Source of the DNA: Eubacteriales bacterium
GTDB taxonomy: Bacteria; Bacillota; Clostridia; Oscillospirales; CAG-272
Assembly: GCA_045533115.1 (NCBI GenBank)
Contig: JAZSHF010000072.1
Location: 1-60,737 of the forward strand
Length of the DNA: 60,737 bases
Direction: 5' to 3'
In this document: in pieces, positions 54,219 to 60,737 of the stretch
How the letters are laid out: each line of letters begins with the position of its first letter
Numbering within the stretch: position 1 is the stretch's first letter
Notes under the pieces: model-generated
Database searches by the model: none
Told to the model about the DNA's origin: nothing
Seen by the model: only the letters and a program-made list of their open reading frames with translations
Program-made: the position numbers and the translations under genes

Positions 54219-54431
54219 ATGGGAATTTTTAATATGAACGGTGACGCAAGAGAAGGCAAGGGCAAGAATCAGCACCATATCAAGGGCGTTGTCTGCGACG
54301 TCCGCAACTGCGCCTACCACGACGGCGACAACTACTGCACGGCAAACAAGATCGCCGTAGGTCCGTCATTTGCCACCTCCTGCACCGACACCGTCTGTGC
54401 AACCTTCAAGCAGAAAAATCAGAACCTTTGA
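54219..54431 (+). CDS. DUF1540-like small Cys-rich protein
   Basis: 70 aa with VVCDVRNCAYHDGDNYCTANKIAVGP...CTDTVCATF. The ATG follows AAAGGA. The longer track ORF (53805) runs antisense to the phosphoesterase gene. Confidence 0.7.
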   Translation: MGIFNMNGDAREGKGKNQHHIKGVVCDVRNCAYHDGDNYCTANKIAVGPSFATSCTDTVCATFKQKNQNL

Positions 54432-54434
54432 AAA

Positions 54435-55925
54435 TCAGAACTTGTTAAACTCAAGAGCCGCTTTCGGCATATCCTCCGCTTTGATCGCGCTATTCGGGTC
54501 AAAGCGGATTTCTCTTTTCGCAATTCCGCAAAGCGGCTTCGGAACGGGAACGCCCGTCTTTTCTTCAAGAAGCTCCATCGCGTCAAGCTCGTTTTCGGGA
54601 ACCTCTCCCGTAAGTGCCTTAAGAACTGCCGGAGAGAACTTGTAAGGCGATGCAGTGGACGCGCAAACGAGCTTTCTTCCGCTCTTATCGTCCGAAATAA
54701 ACTTCTCGGCACAGTGTAGACCTACAGCGGTATGAGTATCGCAAAGATAATCATATTCCTCGTAAATATGCTTTATCTCGATAGCGGTCTGCTCTTCATC
54801 ACAGGATAGACCGGTAAATTCTGCTCCGATCTTCGCCTTTGCCTCGTCGGTTATGGTATAGCTTCCCTTTTCCTTCAGCTCCGCCATAAGCGTTTCGGTC
54901 TCTTCCTGACCGCAGGTAAGGTACAGTAGGCGCTCGAGGTTGCTCGAAATGAGAATGTCCATTGAGGGCGACGTTGTCGCGTAGAAGGGGCGGTTTCTGT
55001 CGTAATTACCGCTTACAAAGAAGTCGGTAAGCACATTATTTTTGTTTGAAGCACAAATAAAGCTGTGAACGGGAAGTCCCATAAGCTTCGCAATATAAGC
55101 GGCAAGAATGTTTCCGAAGTTGCCGGTCGGAACGCAGATGTCGATTTCCTCGCCGAGCGAAATATCTCCGTCCTTGAGGAGGTCACAGTAAGCCGAAATG
55201 TAGTAAACCACCTGAGGAACGAGTCGACCCCAGTTGATCGAGTTTGCGGACGATAGGAACACGCCCTTCTCGTTCAGCTTCGCATTGATTTCGGGATCGG
55301 AGAATATCTTTTTAACGCCGTTCTGCGCGTCGTCGAAGTTACCGATAACGGAATTGACCTCGACGTTCTTTCCCTCCTGCGTTGCCATCTGAAACTTCTG
55401 AACGCGGCTTACGCCGTCAACGGGATAGAATACCGAAATTCCGACACCGTCAACGTCCTTGTAGCCCTCAAGCGCCGCCTTACCCGTGTCACCCGAGGTC
55501 GCGACGAGAATGAGTGCACGGCGCGTGTCACCCGTCTTTTTCACGGCTCTGACAAACAGCCGCGGCATTATCTGAAGCGCCATATCCTTGAACGCCGCAG
55601 TCGGACCGTGCCAAAGCTCAAGAACTCTTATTCTCTCTCCGAGCTTGCTTATAGGCGCAGGACCGCCGGGGAAGCTTTCCTCGCAGTAAGCGTCCTCACA
55701 TTCGGAAAGAAGCTCCTCATAGGTGTATTCGTCGCAAAGGAACTTATACATTACCTTCGCCGCGCGCTCAGCGTAGCTGTCGTCGCAAAGTGCCTTGATA
55801 TCATTAAGGGTAAGCGACGGAATTTCATCGGGGAAATAAAGCCCTCCGTCCTCGCAAAGTCCCTTCTTTATAGCCATAGCAGAGCTAACGGCTTCACTTT
55901 TTCCTCTCGTGCTTATGTATTTCAT
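54435..55925 (-). CDS. thrC: Threonine synthase
   Basis: The ATG at 55925 gives MKYISTRG. The PLP-lysine context is FKDMALQ. About 496 aa (long form). Confidence 0.9.
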   Translation of the reverse strand: MKYISTRGKSEAVSSAMAIKKGLCEDGGLYFPDEIPSLTLNDIKALCDDSYAERAAKVMYKFLCDEYTYEELLSECEDAYCEESFPGGPAPISKLGERIRVLELWHGPTAAFKDMALQIMPRLFVRAVKKTGDTRRALILVATSGDTGKAALEGYKDVDGVGISVFYPVDGVSRVQKFQMATQEGKNVEVNSVIGNFDDAQNGVKKIFSDPEINAKLNEKGVFLSSANSINWGRLVPQVVYYISAYCDLLKDGDISLGEEIDICVPTGNFGNILAAYIAKLMGLPVHSFICASNKNNVLTDFFVSGNYDRNRPFYATTSPSMDILISSNLERLLYLTCGQEETETLMAELKEKGSYTITDEAKAKIGAEFTGLSCDEEQTAIEIKHIYEEYDYLCDTHTAVGLHCAEKFISDDKSGRKLVCASTASPYKFSPAVLKALTGEVPENELDAMELLEEKTGVPVPKPLCGIAKREIRFDPNSAIKAEDMPKAALEFNKF

Positions 55926-55956
55926 AGTCTTTATCCTTTCAACAAAGGGGTATTTT

Positions 55957-56835
55957 TCAAAAATTGTTAATAGCAAAACGCTCCGCGTTTTTATAGAACA
56001 CCGCGTCGGCAAAATCCTCCGATCGGTATTTTTTTACTATCGCTTCATATAGAACGCCGATCTTTCCGACATTTTCTATACCGTAAGGCAGAGTATCGTC
56101 GTCCGTTCCGTCGAAGTCGGTTCCGATACAAACGGCTTCGCCTCCGCAAACGTTAAAGAGGCGGTCAATATGACGAAGCAGAGTATCAACACTCCTGTCT
56201 CCGAGATGGTCGGAAACAAAGTTAACACCGATCACACCGCCAATATCGGCAATCTCACGCGCAACCTCATCGGAAATGTTTCTCGGATGGTCGTATACGC
56301 TTCGGGAACAGCTGTGGCTTGCGATAAGCGGCTTTTTCGCGCTTTTCGCAAGCTCTATCGCCTGATAACAGATCTCATCGTTCGAGTGTGACAGATCGGG
56401 TGTTATTCCGAGATCAAAGCAACGGAGAACGACCTCTTTTCCGAAGTCTGTCAAGCCCTCGGAATTGTTAAACGCGCCGCCGATATGGCAGCTGTCCCAC
56501 CATACGAGAGTAAATATCTTTACTCCGCGCTCAGCAAGCGTATCAAGACGGCTTATGTCGCCGTCAAGGAGCTTTCCGCCTTCAACGGCAAGTATCGGAT
56601 TAAAATTTTCAATACCGAAAATATGCTTCTCGGCGTAATCGAGTGCGCTTAAACAACGACTGTAATTTTCGTCGTTACTTAAATTATGCTCGCTCCATAC
56701 AGCCATGACCTGCGTGTAGCCTTCAAGCGTACCGAACGCCTTGTTCAGCTCGATATGACAGGTATTGTCAAACATAGTCTCGCCACGGCGGAATATCTCG
56801 CCGAGCGTGTCACAGTGCAGATCAAAAAGCTTCAT
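55957..56835 (-). CDS. M19-family dipeptidase (renal-dipeptidase-like)
   Basis: MKLFDLHCDT at the N-terminus and later HS..D motifs. The ATG at 56835 follows GAGG. Confidence 0.7.
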   Translation of the reverse strand: MKLFDLHCDTLGEIFRRGETMFDNTCHIELNKAFGTLEGYTQVMAVWSEHNLSNDENYSRCLSALDYAEKHIFGIENFNPILAVEGGKLLDGDISRLDTLAERGVKIFTLVWWDSCHIGGAFNNSEGLTDFGKEVVLRCFDLGITPDLSHSNDEICYQAIELAKSAKKPLIASHSCSRSVYDHPRNISDEVAREIADIGGVIGVNFVSDHLGDRSVDTLLRHIDRLFNVCGGEAVCIGTDFDGTDDDTLPYGIENVGKIGVLYEAIVKKYRSEDFADAVFYKNAERFAINNF

Positions 56836-56842
56836 AAAAACC

Positions 56843-57274
56843 TCAAATCCATATCCTGCCCTTCGCACCGAAAACGCCTTTCATATGATTTATCTTGTAG
56901 CTTCCCTCTCCTGTGTTCTTGTCTGAGCATACGAACACCTCGATCACGTCAAAGCGGTAAAATTTATCGCTCGGGAAGTTTTTTATAAAGCATGATGCGG
57001 CACGGGCAAGATTCGCGCGTTTTTTCGCGGTAACGGCGGCGGCAGGTCTGCCATACTGACTCTTGACCTCGCGTCTCGTCTTTACCTCGACAAATACAAT
57101 ATACTGATCCTTTTGCGCGATTATGTCGATCTCCTCATTGTACGGCTTATAGTTACGGCAAATTATCGTGTAGCCGTTCGTCTTCAGATAATCCTCGGCG
57201 ACTCTTTCGCCCGCGACACCGGTAATTATATGTGCGGGTGCAAGCGAACCGTCCTTTTTTCTTATGTCCATCAT
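56843..57274 (-). CDS. YraN-family (UPF0102) endonuclease-like protein
   Basis: GERVAEDYLKTNGYTIICRNYK...EIDIIA...VFVEVKTR. Confidence 0.85.
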   Translation of the reverse strand: MMDIRKKDGSLAPAHIITGVAGERVAEDYLKTNGYTIICRNYKPYNEEIDIIAQKDQYIVFVEVKTRREVKSQYGRPAAAVTAKKRANLARAASCFIKNFPSDKFYRFDVIEVFVCSDKNTGEGSYKINHMKGVFGAKGRIWI

Positions 57275-57280
57275 TCCGAC

Positions 57281-58024
57281 TCACAGGGTTTCTATTACGT
57301 TGCAGTTGAATTTTTCGGTAATTATCGACGGGACAATATCCTTTATCATCTTTTCAAGCTTGTCAAGCACGGGATTTTCCGTCTCAAAATGTCCGAGCGC
57401 CGCCATGCTCATTCCGTAGGCGTGAGCATCGGTCATATCGTTGTAGCTGAGCCGTCCGCTTATGTAAAGATCGGCACCTGCTTCCTGCGCATACGGAATA
57501 TAATGCTCGCCGTCGCCGCCTACAACGGCAACACGCGTAACTTTTTTATCAAAAAGCACCGCATCAGCTTTAGTCGCACCCAAAAGCGCTTTCGCTTTAA
57601 TGACGAACTCGCGGTCTGTCGTCTCCCGAACACTTCCGATAACGCCAAGCCCATCGTCGCCGAAGCGCTCGGTATTTCTAAGCCCCAAAAGCTCAGAGAG
57701 AGCAGTATTGACTCCGCCCTCAACAGCGTCAAGGCGCGTATGGAATGAAAATACCGCAATATCGTTCTTAATGAGATCCATAAAACGGCTGTCGGAAACA
57801 GCCTTTATCGGACGGAAAATAAGCGGATGATGCGTCACGATAAGGTCAAAGCCGTTCTTTGCCGCATATTCCACAGCGCGTGAGGTCGCATCAAGCGACA
57901 AAAGCACCTTTTTTACGTCCTTATCTCCGTTCGGCAGACACATAACTCCGTCGTTATCCCAGGAGCAGGAAAGCTCGCGCGGTATTAAATCGTTCAGAAC
58001 GCGGTAAAGCTCAGTAACAGTCAT
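57281..58024 (-). CDS. Nif3-like dinuclear metal centre protein
   Basis: 247 aa with LIVTHHPLIF. It overlaps the trmK stop, which is the usual trmK-nif3 pairing. Confidence 0.85.
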   Translation of the reverse strand: MTVTELYRVLNDLIPRELSCSWDNDGVMCLPNGDKDVKKVLLSLDATSRAVEYAAKNGFDLIVTHHPLIFRPIKAVSDSRFMDLIKNDIAVFSFHTRLDAVEGGVNTALSELLGLRNTERFGDDGLGVIGSVRETTDREFVIKAKALLGATKADAVLFDKKVTRVAVVGGDGEHYIPYAQEAGADLYISGRLSYNDMTDAHAYGMSMAALGHFETENPVLDKLEKMIKDIVPSIITEKFNCNVIETL

Positions 58025-58710
58025 CTTTTTTCTCCGTTAATTATTTCTTTTATCTCTTTTATCAGCTCTTCTTCGTACGAGCAGTCGGCGCCGCCGCGCT
58101 TTTTACCGTCGTAAATGGAATTAAGAACGTCGAGCTTGTTCTTTGCCAAGGCAAAAAACTCGCCGTTTTCATTTCTTATTCCCGTCTTGCCGAGCAAAAG
58201 CTCGGACGGTGTAAGCTCGTATTTATTTCCCGTATATCTGCAGGAAATAACAGTATAATATTTGCCCTCAAAAACGGTGTTTTCATAAAGGATCTCAAAT
58301 CCGTTTTCGCATAGGTATTTACGAAGCTCCTCGCCGCGTGTCATCGGCTGAAGAACGAGCCGAATATCGGGGTGACGAACGCTCGGTTCAGCGTCGATTA
58401 TCGACGCGATAAGCTCTCCGCCCATTCCCGCAATGCTTATATCGCAGGGCGGAATGACAGACACGCTTTTCATTCCGTCGGAAAGGCACAGACGGCACTT
58501 GTCGCCAACGCCGAAAGCTTTAACAGTCTCCTCTGCCTTCGAAAGCGGACCGCGAGCAACGTCGCAAATATATGCAAAGGGTATCTTGCCTTCAAGTAGA
58601 AGCGACACAGGGAGATACGCGTGGTCACTTCCGATATCGTAAAGCGTCACGCCGTCGCGAATAAGCGATGCAACGGCAGATAAACGCGCGTCAAGGTTTA
58701 TATTCGTCAT
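58021..58710 (-). CDS. trmK: tRNA (adenine(22)-N(1))-methyltransferase TrmK
   Basis: LDARLSAVASLI...LYDIGSDHAYLPVSLL is a typical TrmK N-terminus. Confidence 0.85.
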   Translation of the reverse strand: MTNINLDARLSAVASLIRDGVTLYDIGSDHAYLPVSLLLEGKIPFAYICDVARGPLSKAEETVKAFGVGDKCRLCLSDGMKSVSVIPPCDISIAGMGGELIASIIDAEPSVRHPDIRLVLQPMTRGEELRKYLCENGFEILYENTVFEGKYYTVISCRYTGNKYELTPSELLLGKTGIRNENGEFFALAKNKLDVLNSIYDGKKRGGADCSYEEELIKEIKEIINGEKR

Positions 58711-58753
58711 ATTAAAAATTAATGGCTGTAACCGATAAGGTCACAGCCATCGC

Positions 58754-58954
58754 TCACTTTGTGCTCAAATAATCGTTGATCTTGGTGATGAGCGCATCAG
58801 CATCGGTGCCGTGTACCATGCAGGCAGCTTCTATGCTTTCGCCTCTCGATGCGGGGCAGCCGAGACAGTGCATACCGATCTCAAAGAAGAACTGTGCAGT
58901 TCCGGCATCAAAGTCAAGAACGTCGCCGATGATCGAATCTTTCGTTACTACCAT
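58754..58954 (-). CDS. DUF1858 domain protein (hybrid-cluster-associated redox disulfide type)
   Basis: 66 aa with GMHCLGCPASRGESIEAAC. Confidence 0.75.
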   Translation of the reverse strand: MVVTKDSIIGDVLDFDAGTAQFFFEIGMHCLGCPASRGESIEAACMVHGTDADALITKINDYLSTK

Positions 58955-59070
58955 TGACAGAAATCCTCCGTTTTGTTATAATACTAATAAAATCATAACC
59001 ATTATAGCAAAGTATCATACGTTTGTCAATGATTTTACGCTATAAATATTAAAGAAAGAAGGAAAAAACT

Positions 59071-59406
59071 ATGTGTCTTTTCTGTAAAATAGTGGCGGGC
59101 GAAATTCCGTCAAATAAGGTCTATGAGGACGATAAGATCCTCGCATTCCGCGACATCGCGCCCCAGGCACCGTCGCATATTCTCGTCATCCCGAAAACCC
59201 ATATCCCCTCCCTCGACGGAGTAAATGAGGAAAACGCGGAGATCGTCGCACATATCTTCAAAACGATCCCCAAAATAGCGGCAGAAGAGGGCTTAACAAA
59301 CGGCTACCGCCTCGTATCAAACTGCGGTCCCGACGCCTGCCAGACAGTCCCCCACCTCCATTTCCATATCCTCGGCGGCAAAAAGCTCGCAGGAGAAATG
59401 GCGTAA
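59071..59406 (+). CDS. HIT-family (histidine triad) nucleotide-binding protein
   Basis: CLFCKI at the N-terminus and the HLHFHILGG triad. Confidence 0.92.
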   Translation: MCLFCKIVAGEIPSNKVYEDDKILAFRDIAPQAPSHILVIPKTHIPSLDGVNEENAEIVAHIFKTIPKIAAEEGLTNGYRLVSNCGPDACQTVPHLHFHILGGKKLAGEMA

Positions 59407-59448
59407 AAACATAACGGACGAAGCGAAAACGCTTCGTCCGTTTTTATA

Positions 59449-60477
59449 TTATAAATCATACACAGAAAGCAAGAAAATCAGAAGGAAGAATACATCAACC
59501 CCAAACAATACCGCTGTAATAGGAATCAATACAGTATAATGAAATGCGATTGATACTATTAATCCAGAAAGATATGGTATCAAAAAAATCCATGCAACAA
59601 CACGAAATATTTTGGGAACAACCTTTTGTTTTGCACTATGTGTTTTTATAGAATCAATCATAGAATCAAGACAACCATATACAAACAATAGCAGGAAAAT
59701 TCCCCAGCCAATACCCAAAACCGTCCCAAACAATCCCCAAGGTGACTTATACAAAATCGAAAGTATTAAAGCTGGAACCAGAAAAAACATTAGTAACGGC
59801 ACAAAGTCACGAATGTTGTAACGCAAGTCTCTCCGTTTTTCTAATGAGTAATATTTTTTTGCATCTTTGTGCGCTTTACTGTTTTTGGCTTTTGTTTTTG
59901 TGTAACTATGTACCTGCTTCAGTTTTTCTTTCCAAGCGATCGTTAATACATCTCGTGTTCTCTTTCGCGACTCTATTTCTGAATTTATAAACTGCACAAA
60001 TTCTTCAAGTTGTTTTTCCGATTTTGGAATTGGATAATCTAAAATCATCCTCATTAGTTTCTCTTTCCAAACATCTGTTAGCGAGTCGATTTCCCGACCA
60101 TTTGATGCTATTTGAGAGTTCATATATGTCGCAAGTTTTTTGAGGTTATCGCAAGAATTCGGCATGGGATATTCTAAAATTAGTTTCTTTTTATCTGACA
60201 TTTTTTGCGATTCGAAATCATCGTCAAACACTAAATCGAGAATAGACACTTTTCCCTTCAAAACATCAAAAGCTTTTTTTACGGTATTTTCTTTCTTTTT
60301 GGGTGGTTTCTTCCTATTGTCAATCTCTCTAAGCTTTTTCTGAATATCTTTTACAGGATCTAAAATCGACTCTTTTTCTTCGTGAGAAACGTTTTCTTCT
60401 CCGAGAACAGGGCTACCACAACCGCTGCAAAATTTCGAGGTTTTTGCAATTCTCTTTCCGCACTGATCACAATACAT
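59449..60477 (-). CDS. Zinc-ribbon protein with a helical repeat region and C-terminal multi-TM domain
   Basis: The ATG at 60477 follows GGAGG. N-terminus is MYCDQCGKRIAKTSKFCSGCG. There are two similar segments (ILEYPMPNS...L..Y.NSQI / ILDYPIPKS...F..FINSEI), then 4-5 TM helices. Confidence 0.6.
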   Translation of the reverse strand: MYCDQCGKRIAKTSKFCSGCGSPVLGEENVSHEEKESILDPVKDIQKKLREIDNRKKPPKKKENTVKKAFDVLKGKVSILDLVFDDDFESQKMSDKKKLILEYPMPNSCDNLKKLATYMNSQIASNGREIDSLTDVWKEKLMRMILDYPIPKSEKQLEEFVQFINSEIESRKRTRDVLTIAWKEKLKQVHSYTKTKAKNSKAHKDAKKYYSLEKRRDLRYNIRDFVPLLMFFLVPALILSILYKSPWGLFGTVLGIGWGIFLLLFVYGCLDSMIDSIKTHSAKQKVVPKIFRVVAWIFLIPYLSGLIVSIAFHYTVLIPITAVLFGVDVFFLLIFLLSVYDL

Positions 60478-60705
60478 TTTATTACCTCCAAAATTAAAAA
60501 GTGTGTCCCAATAAGGGACACACCGAAAAAGCGTTCCCTCATTGTTGTCACACAATTTCGCAACTCCATCAGGGAATGAGAAAAAAGAGAGAAACACCTT
60601 TTGCCAAGGTATTTTTCCCGATAAAGTTGCAAATATGAAATTGTGTGACAAGTTGATTAGTAAAGAGCAAATTTAAAAGTACCGCAAAACGGTGTTTCAA
60701 CACGT

Positions 60706-60737
60706 TTTTCGTAGGGCGGGGGCTTGCTCCCGCCGTT
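60706..60737. repeat. Start of another hairpin-repeat patch at the window edge
   Basis: gtagggcggg-ggcttgct-cccgcc resembles the gtaggggcga...tcgccc modules at 61-122. It is truncated by the window end. Confidence 0.4.

Overview
This is a 60.7-kb chromosomal segment of a roughly 50% GC Firmicute. The gene content (DUF421/DUF4363, DUF1540, SipW-type peptidases, an [FeFe]-hydrogenase-family gene) suggests a spore-forming member of the Clostridia, possibly Oscillospiraceae/Ruminococcaceae-like. I support about 63 protein genes. I saw no rRNA, tRNA or CRISPR array.

Most of the window is housekeeping: KtrAB, TatD, aspartate kinase, M29 aminopeptidase, MtaB, MnmA, rpmG-secE-nusG-rplK-rplA, the TIGR03960/TIGR03936 radical-SAM pair, RlmB, tig-clpP-clpX, ThrC, and the TrmK/Nif3/YraN group.

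The accessory part lies at about 8.2-21.6 kb.

(1) An intact tyrosine recombinase is followed by a perfect 21-bp inverted-repeat pair. The pair encloses 235 bp that carry a near-consensus extended -10 promoter. This looks like an inverton, assembled in the ON orientation. It faces an operon encoding:
- a Cys-rich-KTR protein
- a TetR regulator
- a SipW-type signal peptidase
- four TasA/BsaA-like proteins with SipW-cognate signal peptides, two of them fused to large beta-helix-like domains
- a 45-aa membrane peptide
- a pilin-isopeptide-domain protein

The operon's intercistronic regions carry a three-copy two-hairpin element with compensatory substitutions, a hairpin that sequesters a Shine-Dalgarno (SD) site, and an intrinsic terminator in the leader.

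(2) A second, divergent SipW-like locus sits on the opposite strand at 18.9-21.6 kb. It has its own N-terminal substrate motif and a perfect consensus promoter.

Four patches of mosaic GC-rich hairpin repeats occur: both window ends, about 29.7-29.9 kb, and about 36.6-37.0 kb. One patch is flanked by a 16-bp direct duplication that splits a terminator.

All family and domain calls come from motif recognition by eye. No homology search, folding or statistics were run.
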